This document shows positions 1-10,295 of a stretch of 64,000 bases of DNA, one piece after another. Under the pieces are notes generated by a model that was not told the origin of the DNA, searched no databases, and was given only the letters and a program-made list of their open reading frames with translations. The translations under genes were made by a program, and so were the position numbers. Numbering within the stretch: the stretch's first letter is position 1; each line of letters opens with the position of its first letter. Origin of the DNA: an uncultured delta proteobacterium (GTDB lineage Bacteria; Desulfobacterota; Binatia; UBA9968); NCBI GenBank assembly GCA_963745035.1, contig CAVUVW010000027.1, positions 299,743 through 363,742 of the forward strand, in the 5' to 3' direction.

Positions 1-863
1 TGATTCCGATGTTCGGCGTGTTAGGCAAGAATCTCACTACATTTCGGCACCTGCTCAATCATTCTTCCGGCCTGCCGGCCTGGAAAGGGTATTTTGAAGA
101 AATTATCCGAAACGAGAAGGGCGGAAGACTCCATTTCGTCTCGAGCCGGGCGGCCAAGACTTATGTCTACGAGCAGATTTATCGCGAGAAGCCGTTAAGC
201 GCGCCGGGCGCCCGGTGTCTGTACAGTGATCTGGGCTTCATGATTCTGGGCGAGGCCATCGAAGTTCTTACCGGCAATACGCTCGACCGCTTTTGCCAGG
301 ACAAGATTTTCAAGCCCCTGGGCCTGCGCGCCACGGGCTTTGTCGATTTGACGCAGCTCCGGACGCGCCGCCTTCACCCGGTGGAGGAGATGATCGCGCC
401 GACGGAAAACTGTCCTTGGCGAAAAAAAATCCTGTGCGGCGAAGTGCACGACGACAACGCCTACGCCATGGGCGGCGTGGCGGGACACGCCGGGCTTTTC
501 TCTTCGGCTCGCGACGTGCACCAGTTTGTGCTGCGCATGGGCGAGTGTTTGCGCGGCAAAAGCGATTTCCTGCCGCAAGCGCTGGTGCAAGAATTCCTCA
601 AGAAGGATGAGACTCCTGGGCACGGCAATTTTGCGCTGGGCTGGGATACGCCGTCGGCGGATGGCTCGGCCAGCGGGCGTCTTTTTTCCTCCCGCTCGGT
701 TGGCCACCTCGGGTTTACCGGCTGCTCGCTTTGGTGGGATCTCGAAAAAAATTGCCACGTCATTCTGCTCACCAACCGGGTTCATCCCTCGCGCAAGAAC
801 GAGAAGATCAAGGAATTCCGGCCCTTTATTCACGACGAAATCATGAAAGCGCTGTTTCCATGA
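1..863 (+). CDS. Serine hydrolase, beta-lactamase family (AmiE/YbbE-like), 5'-truncated by window edge
   Basis: HLLNHSSGLP, YSDLGF, VHDDNA..GGVAGHAGLFS, GHLGFTG and LLTNRVHP motifs; ATGA-coupled to mpl, suggesting peptidoglycan recycling. Confidence 0.85.
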   Translation, partial: IPMFGVLGKNLTTFRHLLNHSSGLPAWKGYFEEIIRNEKGGRLHFVSSRAAKTYVYEQIYREKPLSAPGARCLYSDLGFMILGEAIEVLTGNTLDRFCQDKIFKPLGLRATGFVDLTQLRTRRLHPVEEMIAPTENCPWRKKILCGEVHDDNAYAMGGVAGHAGLFSSARDVHQFVLRMGECLRGKSDFLPQALVQEFLKKDETPGHGNFALGWDTPSADGSASGRLFSSRSVGHLGFTGCSLWWDLEKNCHVILLTNRVHPSRKNEKIKEFRPFIHDEIMKALFP

Positions 864-2281
864 ACGAGACGCCGCCGGCGGGCAGCCACATTCACTTGAT
901 CGCGATCTGCGGCGTGGGCATGGCGTCGCTGGCGGGCCTGCTGCAAGCGCGCGGCTATCGAGTTACGGGCTCCGACCAGAACATTTATCCGCCCATGAGC
1001 ACCTATCTGGCGAGCATCGGCATCGACGTCTTGCCGGGTTTTCGACAGGAGCATCTTGCGCCCCGACCCGATCTGGTAATCGTCGGCAATGCCGTCCCTC
1101 GCACCAATCCTGAAGCGCAGACGATGCTCGAAGCGGAGATTTCGCATATTTCCTTTCCCCAGGCGCTGGGCCAGTTTTTGATCGGCCAGCGCTCTTCGCT
1201 CGTCGTCGCCGGCACCCACGGCAAGACCACTACCACGGCGCTGGCCGCGTGGGTGTTTGCCTGCGCGGGACTCGATCCGGGGTTCTTCGTCGGCGGCGTG
1301 CCGATTAACTTCGCCAGCGGCTGGCGCGTGGGCGCGGGCAATTACGTGGTCGTCGAAGGCGACGAGTACGACAGCGCCTTTTTTGACAAGGGACCGAAGT
1401 TTCTCCACTACCGGCCGCAGAGCGTGATCCTCACCAGCGTCGAATTCGACCACGCGGATATTTACCGCGATCTCGATCACGTGAAGAGCGCGTTTCTTCG
1501 GCTGATGGACATCATCCCCGAGGACGGCACGCTGGTGGTTTGCGGCGATGATCCGGCGGCGCGGGAAATCGCCGCGACGGCGCGCTGCCGGCTGGTTACC
1601 TATGGCGAGGCCGCGGATGCCGACTGGCATCCCGTCAATATCGAGTTTCGCGCCGGCCGCGCCTTTTTCGAGCCGTGTTTCCGCGGAAAGTCCGAGGGAC
1701 GCCTGGAGGCGGCGGTGCTGGGACGGCACAACGTCAAAAACTCCCTCGCGGTATACGCTCTCGGCCGGGCGTTGGGCATCGAGCGGGAGAGATTGCTCGA
1801 AGGTTTCCGCACCTTCGCGGGGGTGAAACGACGCCAGGAAATCCGCGGCGAGCAGCGCGGTATTTTAGTGATCGACGACTTCGCCCATCATCCGACCGCG
1901 GTGCGGGAGACGATCGCGGCGATTCGCGCGGGCTACGCCGGCCGCAAAATCTGGGCGGTCTTCGAGCCCCGCAGCAATACCAGCAAACGCAGCCTCTTCG
2001 AGGAGGAGTTCGCCGCCGCCTTGGCGCTTGCCGACCAGGTTGTGATCGCGCCGGTCTTTCAGCCCGAAAAGATAGCCGACGGGGAGCGCCTGTCGGTCGA
2101 TAGCGTCGTCGAGCGGATCAGCCGGCTCTGCGGCGATGAGCGCGCCCGGAAGGCCGGCGGCGCGGCGGAAATTGCCGCCATGATTGGGCGCGATGCGCGT
2201 GCCGGGGACATTGTGTTGGTGATGTCCAACGGCGGTTTCGACAACGTGCATGACAAGATTCTAAGCGCGCTAGCGGGTTAG
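860..2281 (+). CDS. mpl: UDP-N-acetylmuramate:L-Ala-gamma-D-Glu-meso-DAP ligase (murein peptide ligase)
   Basis: HIHLIAICGVGMASLA, YPPMS, AGTHGKTTT, EGDEYDSAFFDKGPKFLHY, DDFAHHPT, FEPRSNT, MSNGGF; ATG at 860 overlaps upstream TGA. Confidence 0.92.
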   Translation: MNETPPAGSHIHLIAICGVGMASLAGLLQARGYRVTGSDQNIYPPMSTYLASIGIDVLPGFRQEHLAPRPDLVIVGNAVPRTNPEAQTMLEAEISHISFPQALGQFLIGQRSSLVVAGTHGKTTTTALAAWVFACAGLDPGFFVGGVPINFASGWRVGAGNYVVVEGDEYDSAFFDKGPKFLHYRPQSVILTSVEFDHADIYRDLDHVKSAFLRLMDIIPEDGTLVVCGDDPAAREIAATARCRLVTYGEAADADWHPVNIEFRAGRAFFEPCFRGKSEGRLEAAVLGRHNVKNSLAVYALGRALGIERERLLEGFRTFAGVKRRQEIRGEQRGILVIDDFAHHPTAVRETIAAIRAGYAGRKIWAVFEPRSNTSKRSLFEEEFAAALALADQVVIAPVFQPEKIADGERLSVDSVVERISRLCGDERARKAGGAAEIAAMIGRDARAGDIVLVMSNGGFDNVHDKILSALAG

Positions 2282-2515
2282 GTACTGGCGGGCACACTCA
2301 CGGCTGCAAAAAAAGCGGCCCGACTGGCCCACGGCGTCCGATCTGGGGATGTAGCTCTGGCATTGCGGGTCGAACACCATGTCTTCTCCGGCGGGTTCGG
2401 GTTTAAGCCTGCCGGAGGCGCCGGATTTGCCGCGTACGATCGATCTGATCGCCGTGAAAATCACGTAGAAAATCAAAAAGACAAAGGCGAGGCGGATCAG
2501 CACCATATCGGTCAC
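2270..2515 (-). CDS. Small membrane protein with C-terminal YHS/TRASH-like metal-binding motif
   Basis: N-terminal TM helix; DMVFDPQCQSYIP...FFCSRECA. Confidence 0.75.
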   Translation of the reverse strand: MTDMVLIRLAFVFLIFYVIFTAIRSIVRGKSGASGRLKPEPAGEDMVFDPQCQSYIPRSDAVGQSGRFFCSRECARQYLTR

Positions 2516-2530
2516 CGTAGCGCGATTCGG

Positions 2531-3034
2531 CTACGCGTGGTAGAGGTGGATTTTTTTTTCGTCTTTGACGTTGATCAGCAGCTCGCAAATCGTCACGCCC
2601 AGCTCGGGGTGGATAACCTGCGGCGCGATTTCGCTCAGGGGGATCAAAACAAATTTTCGGCTCGGCATCTCCGGATGGGGAATCCGCAAATTCTTCTTTT
2701 TCACGACCGCCGCGTCGTAGAGGAGAATGTCCAGATCGATGACGCGCGCGCCCCAGCGCTTTTTGACCTTTTTTCGGCCCATGGCGCGCTCGATATTCTT
2801 GAACTTCTTAAGCAGCATGTCGGGCTTGAATTTGGTCTCGATCTCGACGGCGCCGTTGACGTACCAGTCCTTGGCGTCGCCCAAAGGCTCGCTCTCGTAA
2901 AGCGACGATTCTTTGATCACCCTGGTGTCGGGCAATTTGGTGAGCCGGTCGACGGCTTCCAAAAAGTTCTCCTTTTTGTTTCCCACGTTGGAACCGATCC
3001 CGACGTAGACCTGATGGGCTATCGTGTTTGCCAT
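2531..3034 (-). CDS. folK: 2-amino-4-hydroxy-6-hydroxymethyldihydropteridine diphosphokinase
   Basis: VYVGIGSNVG, SSLYESEP, RWGARVIDLDILLY, IPHPEM..RKFVLIPL; start taken at ATG 3034. Confidence 0.93.
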   Translation of the reverse strand: MANTIAHQVYVGIGSNVGNKKENFLEAVDRLTKLPDTRVIKESSLYESEPLGDAKDWYVNGAVEIETKFKPDMLLKKFKNIERAMGRKKVKKRWGARVIDLDILLYDAAVVKKKNLRIPHPEMPSRKFVLIPLSEIAPQVIHPELGVTICELLINVKDEKKIHLYHA

Positions 3035-3056
3035 GCCGCCGTTTGGGGAAGGAATG

Positions 3057-4229
3057 TTACAGCTTGACCTTGCGAATCCTTTCCGCAACCTCCCGCAGTC
3101 GTTCTTTGTCGACGCAAACCGTAAAGCGAACATAGCCTTCGCCGGCGTCGCCGAAGCCGTTGCCGGGCGTGGTTACGACTCCGGCTTCGTCGAGCAGTTT
3201 GGCGGTGAAATCGGCGGAGGAAAGTCCCTTGGGACAGGTGACCCACACGTAAAAAGTTGCGCGCGGTTTTTCGCATTCCAGGCCGACGGCGCGCAGCCCA
3301 TCGACCAGGATGTCGCGCCGCTCCTGATAGATCTTGCGCGACGGCTCGACGATCGCATCGCCCAAACGCAGCGCTTCGATCCCCGCTTCCTGCACCGCCT
3401 GGAATATTCCCGAATCCAAATTGGATTTGGCTTGGGCCAGGCCCGCGACGATATCCGGATTTCCCACCGCCATGCCGATGCGCCAGCCCGTCATATTGAA
3501 GGTCTTGGAAAGCGAATGAAATTCGATGCCCACGTCGCGCGCGCCGTCCACTTCGAAAAAGCTCATGGGCCGATAGCCGTCATAGCCCATTTCGGTGTAG
3601 GCGGCGTCATGGCAGACGATCACGTTGTGCTTATTGGCGAAATCGACGACGCGTTGATAGAAGCTCGCGTCCGCGACCGCCGCCGTGGGATTGTTGGGAT
3701 AATTGATCCAGAGAAGCTTGGCCCGGGCAGCAACGTCGTTGGGAATCGCGTCCAGATCGGGCAAAAAGTGATTTTCCTTCTTGAGCGCCAGGAAGTAATT
3801 TTTGCCGCCGTTGAAGGCGGTGCCGATGTGGTAGACCGGATAGCAGGGGCTCGATACCAGCACCACGTCGCCGGGATCGACGAAAGCGACGGCCATGTTG
3901 CCGATGCCTTCTTTGGACCCGATCAGGGAGGTGACCTCCTTTTCCGAGTCGAGCTTGACGTTGAACCGGGTCTGGTACCACTTTGCCACCGCATCGCGAA
4001 ATTCTGCCATACCCGAGCTGCTGGGATAGCGGTGATTGACCGGCCGGCTGGCGCTTTCCATCAGTTTTTCAACCACCTGCGTGGGGGTCGGGATGTCGGG
4101 ATCGCCGATCCCCAGATCGATCAAATCTACGCCGCGGGCTAACGCGGCGCGCTTGCGGCGGTCGATCTCTGCGAAAAGATAGGGGGGTAACTCTTTGATT
4201 CGTCGGGCTTTACTTACAGTGACAGGCAA
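3057..4229 (-). CDS. dapL: LL-diaminopimelate aminotransferase (class I/II PLP aminotransferase)
   Basis: LPPYLFAEI, DLGIGDPD, LIGSKEG, NYPNNPT, HDAAY, FHSLSKTFNMTGWRIG, PGNGFG..GEGYVR. Confidence 0.8.
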   Translation of the reverse strand: MPVTVSKARRIKELPPYLFAEIDRRKRAALARGVDLIDLGIGDPDIPTPTQVVEKLMESASRPVNHRYPSSSGMAEFRDAVAKWYQTRFNVKLDSEKEVTSLIGSKEGIGNMAVAFVDPGDVVLVSSPCYPVYHIGTAFNGGKNYFLALKKENHFLPDLDAIPNDVAARAKLLWINYPNNPTAAVADASFYQRVVDFANKHNVIVCHDAAYTEMGYDGYRPMSFFEVDGARDVGIEFHSLSKTFNMTGWRIGMAVGNPDIVAGLAQAKSNLDSGIFQAVQEAGIEALRLGDAIVEPSRKIYQERRDILVDGLRAVGLECEKPRATFYVWVTCPKGLSSADFTAKLLDEAGVVTTPGNGFGDAGEGYVRFTVCVDKERLREVAERIRKVKL

Positions 4230-4340
4230 ATTTACATTTCCTCCGTGGCAAAATCGCCACGGTTGTACCTGTTTTTTTGCTTTTTGACAACTGTCGATTC
4301 AGGCCGCATGGTAAGCTTTGCTTGGGAAGTGGGCACAACA

Positions 4341-4826
4341 ATGGACGTGATAGTCGATGGATACAACCTGATCGGCGCCGAACGGGGCCTTGGAGAAGCG
4401 CTCGAACCGAAACGAAATTGGCTCGTGCAGCGGCTATCAGCTTATCGAAAAATCAAGCAGTTCAATCTGACGGTGGTGTTCGATGGTTGGCGCTCCGGGG
4501 CTGTCGAAGAGAATCTGCAAATCAAGGACGGCGTTTCGGTCGTGTATTCGCGGCTTGGCGAGAAAGCCGACGCGGTGATCATCCGCCTCGCCCGTGCAAA
4601 GGGCAGCGGATCAGTCGTGATCACCTCGGACCGAGAAATTCAAAAAGCCGTCGAGCGTTTCGGCGCAGTCGCAGTGTTCTCGGACGAGTTCAGCCGAATT
4701 TTGCGCAGCGTTGACGGCGGCAACGCAGGGGAGCTTGATGAGGACGGGTTCGATCATCTGGACTCACATCGCGGCTCCAAATCAGAACGGCGCCGCAAGG
4801 AAAAGCTCAGAAAGCTTCGGCTGTGA
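4341..4826 (+). CDS. NYN domain protein (YacP/Rae1-like RNase)
   Basis: IVDGYNLI, VVFDG, ADAVI, VITSDREIQ acidic PIN-like motifs. Confidence 0.85.
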   Translation: MDVIVDGYNLIGAERGLGEALEPKRNWLVQRLSAYRKIKQFNLTVVFDGWRSGAVEENLQIKDGVSVVYSRLGEKADAVIIRLARAKGSGSVVITSDREIQKAVERFGAVAVFSDEFSRILRSVDGGNAGELDEDGFDHLDSHRGSKSERRRKEKLRKLRL

Positions 4827-4919
4827 ACAAATCGCCTGGCAAGGGCGGAGAATCAGCGTAACAACGAGGAGCAGGGCGCGGATCGATTGCACCGAGGCAG
4901 GCAGGTGACATCGGCTCGC

Positions 4920-5651
4920 TTAGTTTTTTTCCGGTTTATCGACCTCGGTCAAAAGGCCGTTGAGAAAGATCAGCACCGAGCCGTCTTTATAGAACCAGTG
5001 TTCTTCGTCGACTTTGGTAGGCGCGCGCAGCCTGGTAATGCGCATCGGCGGGCCGAGAACCTGTTTTACCTCGCCGGTGTTCAGCCCGGGCATGGGCTGC
5101 TTGCGGATCGCGGCGTCTTTGACCGCGGCGGACCAGGGTTGGGATTGTATCCAGGCGATACGTTCTTTTTCCTCGCTGGTTTGCTTTTCTTTTTTTCCTT
5201 TTTCTTCGGCGCGCGGATCGAGCGCGAGAATCGTCAAATTGAGCGCCTCATGAAAAGCTTCGGGCCGAATGTAGCCCACGTTGCCCGACTCGAACCTGAC
5301 CGCGTAATACGGATTTTTTTTGGCTCGGCCGGCAAGATCGGTGATCACGAAGGAATCCGCGGGATTGGGCCGAATACTGGCGGCGCCGGGGGCGGGGGAG
5401 CTGAGAAACTCGGGCAGCCGTTCATCGGACGGACTTAGCCAGAAAGTTTTGCCGACCCGCGCGGCCAGCGCGTCGAGCTGCTTTTCCGTGTAATGATGGG
5501 AGGCGCGCGCGCCAGCCGGCGCCGAGAGCAGCAGCATGAAAACCAGCATACAACAGCGCGCGATCGCTCCTACGCCGTCGTAACGTCGACGATAGCCCGT
5601 CGGCGGCATCGGCGCCTGCTTATGCCCTCTCTGCGATTCTGATACGCTCAT
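4920..5651 (-). CDS. Hypothetical exported protein (start possibly 5549)
   Basis: Signal-peptide-like MLVFMLLLSAPAGARA; C-terminal GLNTGEVKQVLGPP...EEHWFY resembles a SmpA/BamE-like domain. Confidence 0.6.
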   Translation of the reverse strand: MSVSESQRGHKQAPMPPTGYRRRYDGVGAIARCCMLVFMLLLSAPAGARASHHYTEKQLDALAARVGKTFWLSPSDERLPEFLSSPAPGAASIRPNPADSFVITDLAGRAKKNPYYAVRFESGNVGYIRPEAFHEALNLTILALDPRAEEKGKKEKQTSEEKERIAWIQSQPWSAAVKDAAIRKQPMPGLNTGEVKQVLGPPMRITRLRAPTKVDEEHWFYKDGSVLIFLNGLLTEVDKPEKN

Positions 5652-5713
5652 GGAAATGAGTCCAACGAATGTGCGCGCTTCGGTTACGTCTAAATTTAGA
5701 CGTCAGACGATGG

Positions 5714-5741
5714 AAAAAGAAAAAGGGCCGATGGAGCCCTT
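5714..5741 (-). terminator. Intrinsic terminator downstream of tRNA-fMet
   Basis: AAGGGC/GCCCTT stem followed on the minus strand by TTTCTTTTT. Confidence 0.75.
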
Positions 5742-5746
5742 CAATT

Positions 5747-5823
5747 TGGTTGCGGGGCCGGGATTTGAACCCGGGACCTCAAGGTTATGAGCCTTGCGAG
5801 CTACCAGACTGCTCCACCCCGCG
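5747..5823 (-). tRNA. tRNA-fMet (CAT), initiator type
   Basis: CGCGGGGTGGAGCAGTCTGGTAGCTCGCAAGGCTCATAACCTTGAGGTCCCGGGTTCAAATCCCGGCCCCGCAACCA; C1:A72 mismatch, CAT anticodon, encoded CCA. Confidence 0.96.
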
Positions 5824-5883
5824 CCATGAGTTGGAAGTAATCTTCTACCGCGCGTGTTGCGCGGAGTCAAGGTAGGGATCGCG

Positions 5884-6321
5884 ATGACCGGGAAATTTCG
5901 TAATCCGCTTCTCACCGTCGATATCATTATCGAGCTCTCCGACGGCATCGTGTTGATCGAGCGAAAAAATCCGCCGCACGGTTGGGCGTTGCCGGGTGGA
6001 TTCGTCGATTACGGCGAGAGCGTCGAAAGCGCCGCGGTGCGCGAAGCCAAAGAAGAAACTTCTCTCGAAGTCGTTTTGACCGAGCAGTTCTACACCTATT
6101 CCGACCCGGCGCGGGACGCGCGCCATCACACGGTGTCGACGGTTTTCATCGCCACCGCCCAAGGCGTTCCGCGGGGCGCCGACGATGCCAAGGCGGCGAG
6201 CGCGTTTCAGGAAGATTTTCTTCCGGCGCCGCTCGTCTTCGACCACGCGAAGATCCTGCGAGATTATTTCTTATTCAAGAAGACCGGCCGGCGGCCGAGA
6301 CCCGAGCGCTCCGGCGGCTAA
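5884..6321 (+). CDS. NUDIX hydrolase (ADP-ribose pyrophosphatase-like)
   Basis: Nudix box [24 protein letters not shown]; YSDPARDAR; LVFDHAKIL. Confidence 0.9.
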   Translation: MTGKFRNPLLTVDIIIELSDGIVLIERKNPPHGWALPGGFVDYGESVESAAVREAKEETSLEVVLTEQFYTYSDPARDARHHTVSTVFIATAQGVPRGADDAKAASAFQEDFLPAPLVFDHAKILRDYFLFKKTGRRPRPERSGG

Positions 6322-7514
6322 CTCAGCTTTCCAACCGCGTCGCGAATTCGCGCCATGCCTTTTTCGATGTCTTCGAGCGAGGTCGCGTAGGAGAAGCGGA
6401 TGTGCTCGTGGGAGCCGAAGTCTTCGCCCGGCACGGCGGCGACTTTGGCTTCTTCGAGGAGATAGTCGGCGATGTCGCAGGGCGAAGCGAGCTTTTTTCC
6501 TCGCCCGGTCTTGTTCAGAAGTTTTCCGACGTTGGGAAATACGTAGAATGCACCCTCGGGGTTCCGACAGCTGATCCCGTCGATGGCGTTCAGCCGCTCG
6601 ACGATGACGTCGCGTCTCTTTTGAAATTCTCGCACCATAGCCGCGACGGTATCTTGCGGGCCGCGAATCGCTTCGAGAGCGGCCGCCTGGGCGATGGAGG
6701 TGGGATTGGACGTGCTCTGACTTTGAATTTTGCCGGCGGCAGCGATCACATCGCTCGGACCGAGCGCATAGCCGATGCGCCAGCCGGTCATCGCATAGCT
6801 CTTCGACACGCCGTTGACGATGATCGTGCGGTCACGCAAAGCGGGAGAGAGAGTCAAAATATTATGAACCTCGAAGCCGTCATAAACGATTTGTTCGTAA
6901 ATGTCGTCGGCGAGAATCAGACAGTCGTGCTTTTCCAGCACGGCGGCGAGGGCGAGCAGCTCTTCGCGGTTGTAACATGCGCCGGTCGGATTGCACGGGC
7001 TGTTTAGAAAAAACACCCGGGTGCGAGGTGTCAGCGCAGCGGCGAGCTGCTCTGGACTGATGCGAAACCCAGCGGATTCCGCAGACGGAATGAGCCTCGG
7101 AACTCCTCCGGCCAATAAAGCCATGTCCGCGTAGCTCACCCAGTAGGGGGCGGGGATGACGACCTCGTCTCCCGGATTCACGACCGCCTGTAAAATATTG
7201 TAGAGCGAATGCTTCGCGCCGCAGCTTACCAGCACGTCTTCCTTGCGGTAGCTCAAATCGTGCGTCCGGCGATAGCTGTCGGCGATCGCTTCGCGCAGAG
7301 GCTCGATGCCTTTGACGTCGGTATATTTCGTCATGCCCTTGCGCAGGGCCTCGACTGCCGCGAGCTTGATATGCTCGGGAGTATCGAAATCGGGCTCGCC
7401 GGCGGAAAAGTTGACCACGTCGACGCCTTCGGCGCGGAGCTTGCCTGCCTTGGCGGCGATCGCCAACGTCACTGAAGGCTTGATCAGCTTGGTTCTTTCG
7501 GCCAGTTGAGTCAT
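6318..7514 (-). CDS. aspC: Aspartate aminotransferase (class I PLP)
   Basis: [63 protein letters not shown]. Confidence 0.88.
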   Translation of the reverse strand: MTQLAERTKLIKPSVTLAIAAKAGKLRAEGVDVVNFSAGEPDFDTPEHIKLAAVEALRKGMTKYTDVKGIEPLREAIADSYRRTHDLSYRKEDVLVSCGAKHSLYNILQAVVNPGDEVVIPAPYWVSYADMALLAGGVPRLIPSAESAGFRISPEQLAAALTPRTRVFFLNSPCNPTGACYNREELLALAAVLEKHDCLILADDIYEQIVYDGFEVHNILTLSPALRDRTIIVNGVSKSYAMTGWRIGYALGPSDVIAAAGKIQSQSTSNPTSIAQAAALEAIRGPQDTVAAMVREFQKRRDVIVERLNAIDGISCRNPEGAFYVFPNVGKLLNKTGRGKKLASPCDIADYLLEEAKVAAVPGEDFGSHEHIRFSYATSLEDIEKGMARIRDAVGKLS

Positions 7515-7527
7515 GCGGATGAAACCC

Positions 7528-8022
7528 TTATCGCCGGAACTTCTCTTTGAGTTTTTTTAAGACGTTATTGGGCACCAAACCGGAAACGTCGCCGCCCAGG
7601 CTGACGACTTCCTTCACCAGCCGGGAGCTGGTGTAAAATTCCGATTCGCCGGTCATCATGAACAGGGTTTCGAGCTGGGGCTTCAGCCGATGATTCATCA
7701 GCGCCATCTGAAACTCGTATTCAAAATCCGACACGGCGCGCAGGCCGCGAATGATCACGGTGGAGCGCTTGCGCTCGGCATAATCCACCAGCAAGCCTTG
7801 AAACGAATCCGCTTCCGCCCGGCCTTTCATGTCCGAGAACACTTCGTTGATCATCCGCAGGCGCTCTTCGACGGAAAACAGCGAGTGGTCCTTGTCGGGG
7901 TTGGTGGCGATCGCGACGATGACTTTGTCGAAGACGCGGAGGGTGCGTTTGACGAGATCGACGTGGCCGTTGGTGATCGGGTCGAACGATCCCGGGTAAA
8001 TCGCGACGTTACTAAGGGTCAT
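7528..8022 (-). CDS. coaD: Phosphopantetheine adenylyltransferase
   Basis: AIYPGSFDPITNGHVD, IIRGLRAVSDFEYEFQMALMN, SSRLVKEV. Confidence 0.96.
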   Translation of the reverse strand: MTLSNVAIYPGSFDPITNGHVDLVKRTLRVFDKVIVAIATNPDKDHSLFSVEERLRMINEVFSDMKGRAEADSFQGLLVDYAERKRSTVIIRGLRAVSDFEYEFQMALMNHRLKPQLETLFMMTGESEFYTSSRLVKEVVSLGGDVSGLVPNNVLKKLKEKFRR

Positions 8023-8606
8023 GTCCTTCTATCCTCGGGAGTTGAATGGATCGCAGTGGGAGCTTCGTAGAATGATAGCCGAGTATCACCATAACGGCGC
8101 TGATCGTGCAACCGGAGCGGCCCATACTCCGGGCTTACCGCCTCACGCGCGCTGTGCTCGATGACCAACGTTCCCGGAGCGCGCAATAAAGCGCATCGAC
8201 CGATGAGCTCGAGGGACCGGCCGGCGAGTTGCTCATCGTAAGGCGGATCGAGAAAGATGTAATCGAAGCTGTCGCGCCGGCGCGCCAAGGACTTGAGCGC
8301 GCGCGCCACCGGCGCGGTCCAGACTTCGGTTTGCGCGGCGAAGCCCAGACGCCGTAGATTTTCCCTAATGGTCGCCGCCGAGCGCGGCGAAAAGTCGATC
8401 AAGACCGCGTGAGCGGCGCCGCGACTTAGCGCTTCGATGCTCAGATTGCCGCTTCCGGCAAACAAGTCGAGCACCCGCGCGCCGGAAAAATCGCGGGGCA
8501 AAATATTGAACAAGGACTCCTTGACCCGGTCGGCCGTCGGCCGGACCGCTTGTCCTTTGGGTGCCCGCAGGCGGCGCCCTTTTGCTGCTCCTCCGATAAC
8601 GCGCAC
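8019..8606 (-). CDS. rsmD: 16S rRNA (guanine966-N2)-methyltransferase
   Basis: MRVIGG.AKGRRL, RPTADRVKESLFN, LDLFAGSG, EALSRGA, FLDPPY; canonical rsmD-coaD order. Confidence 0.93.
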   Translation of the reverse strand: MRVIGGAAKGRRLRAPKGQAVRPTADRVKESLFNILPRDFSGARVLDLFAGSGNLSIEALSRGAAHAVLIDFSPRSAATIRENLRRLGFAAQTEVWTAPVARALKSLARRRDSFDYIFLDPPYDEQLAGRSLELIGRCALLRAPGTLVIEHSAREAVSPEYGPLRLHDQRRYGDTRLSFYEAPTAIHSTPEDRRT

Positions 8607-8861
8607 TCAGTTTACCTCTCTGCGCCGGCGCCGATCCGCAAATGATCGTTGCCGGGGCGGCTCATTCACGCCGTCCGCGCCGAGAACGCGCGGGAAAGAA
8701 TCCACGCAGGCTGCGCCGGCGCGCGCCAAGTCGATGCGATTGACGGCGGCCGCCTTCAATTTGACGATGACGTCGTCTTCGCGCCGCAACGCCGGCTCGT
8801 CGCCGTCTTCATAGCGCAATTGGTCGACGCCGCCATAGGCGTGAATCCGTACCGCTTTCAA
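8607..8861 (-). pseudogene. N-terminal fragment of an MDR-family (quinone oxidoreductase / Zn-ADH) gene
   Basis: TTG-start (M)KAVRIHAYGGVDQLRYEDGDEPALRREDDVIVKLKAAAVNRIDL...FPRVLGADG; similarity then stops and no Rossmann domain follows. Confidence 0.7.
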
Positions 8862-8947
8862 GGAAAAGACCCGGAGGAATATAATTTTCGTAGCAGGACG
8901 CGCCGGGTGAGTCAAAGAACTCGCGGCACGCGCTGGGGATTGGCGTG

Positions 8948-9286
8948 CTAAGCCGAAAAGGATGTGCCGCAGCCGCAAGTGCCGGTGGCGTTGGGATTGG
9001 TAAACTTGAAGCCCCCGCCATACAGGCCGCCCACGAAATCGATCACCGTTCCGGCCAAATAGGGGGCGCTGCCGTGATCGATGTAGATTCTTACGCCGTC
9101 GCGGTCGATCACCATATCGTCGGGGCGCTGCTGATTGTCGAAATCCAGTTTGTAGGAATAGCCCGAACACCCGCCGTCGGCGACCGCGATGCGCAGCCCA
9201 CAGTCCGCGCGTGGATTGCGCGCGATGAGCTTCTTGACCTGCTCTACCGCGCTTTCCGTCAGGGAAAGATCGAGATTTTGATCCAT
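8948..9286 (-). CDS. A-type Fe-S cluster carrier (IscA/ErpA/HesB family)
   Basis: LRIAVADGGCSGYSY, FKFTNPNATGTCGCGTSF. Confidence 0.93.
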   Translation of the reverse strand: MDQNLDLSLTESAVEQVKKLIARNPRADCGLRIAVADGGCSGYSYKLDFDNQQRPDDMVIDRDGVRIYIDHGSAPYLAGTVIDFVGGLYGGGFKFTNPNATGTCGCGTSFSA

Positions 9287-9368
9287 AAAAATACCGCCTC
9301 GCTATTGAAAGCGTATTGCTCGATGGCCGACAAGTCAAGCGCGCGGTCCGAGGCTTGGGCAGCGCAGG

Positions 9369-10295
9369 TCAGCTTTCGAACAATGCGCGGGCGAAGTCTT
9401 CGGCATCGAAGGGCTGCAGATCTTCCACCTCTTCGCCGACGCCGACGTACTTGACCGGCACACCCAGCTCTTCTTGGATGCCGAGGATAACGCCGCCCTT
9501 GGCGGTGCCGTCGAGCTTGGTGAGGACGATGCCCGTGATATCAGCGGATTCCTTGAAGACGCGCGCTTGCTGGAGGCCGTTTTGGCCGGTGGTGGCGTCC
9601 AGCACCAGCAGCGTCTCATGCGGCGCATCGGGCTGTTCGCGGGTGATCACCCGGCGGATTTTCTTAAGCTCTTCGATCAAATGGATCTTGGTGTGGAGCC
9701 GGCCCGCCGTGTCGATCAGCAGCACGTCGACGCCGCGGCTTTTTGCTGCCTGCATGCCGTCGAATACCACCGCCGATGGGTCCGCGCCGGCCCGGTGTTT
9801 GATGACATCCACGCCGACGCGGCCGGCCCAGGCATCGAGCTGTTCGATCGCCGCGGCGCGAAATGTGTCGCCGGCGACCAGCAGGACTTTTTTGCCCGCG
9901 CCGCGATACTGGGCCGCGAGCTTGCCGATGGTGGTCGTTTTGCCGACGCCGTTGACGCCGAGAAAAATCACCACCCAGGGACGAGCCGACAAAGGCGCAA
10001 GCTTGGGCGCGCCGTCGCGGCTTTGCAGCATCTGCGCCATCGCCGTTTGTAGCCGCGCGGTCATCTCGTCGGCAAGATCGCCGTTGCCGTTGGGCGCGCG
10101 GCGGCGCAGCTCGTCCATCAGCTTGCGACTGGCGGCTACGCCGATATCCGCCGCGATCAGTGTCTCTTCCATCTGTGCCAGCGAATTCTCGTCCCAGCTC
10201 CGGTTCTGGAAAATCGCGCCGATCTTTTCCGTCCAGTCGTCCCGGCTTTTGGTCAAGCCCTGTTTCAAACGCTGAAAAAACGATCCGCCGCTCAT
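9369..10295 (-). CDS. ftsY: SRP receptor FtsY
   Basis: [65 protein letters not shown]. Confidence 0.96.
   Translation of the reverse strand: MSGGSFFQRLKQGLTKSRDDWTEKIGAIFQNRSWDENSLAQMEETLIAADIGVAASRKLMDELRRRAPNGNGDLADEMTARLQTAMAQMLQSRDGAPKLAPLSARPWVVIFLGVNGVGKTTTIGKLAAQYRGAGKKVLLVAGDTFRAAAIEQLDAWAGRVGVDVIKHRAGADPSAVVFDGMQAAKSRGVDVLLIDTAGRLHTKIHLIEELKKIRRVITREQPDAPHETLLVLDATTGQNGLQQARVFKESADITGIVLTKLDGTAKGGVILGIQEELGVPVKYVGVGEEVEDLQPFDAEDFARALFES

Noticed and set aside
3024-4142. Long antisense or alternative-frame ORFs (also 5982..7007, 9316..10275, 10457..11710, 24827..25783, 52210..53244, 62819..63859)
   Set aside because: Shadow ORFs opposite well-supported genes, expected in high-GC DNA
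5747-5823. tRNA as an integration site (attL/attR)
   Set aside because: No duplicated tRNA 3' end and no integrase seen; a terminator follows directly
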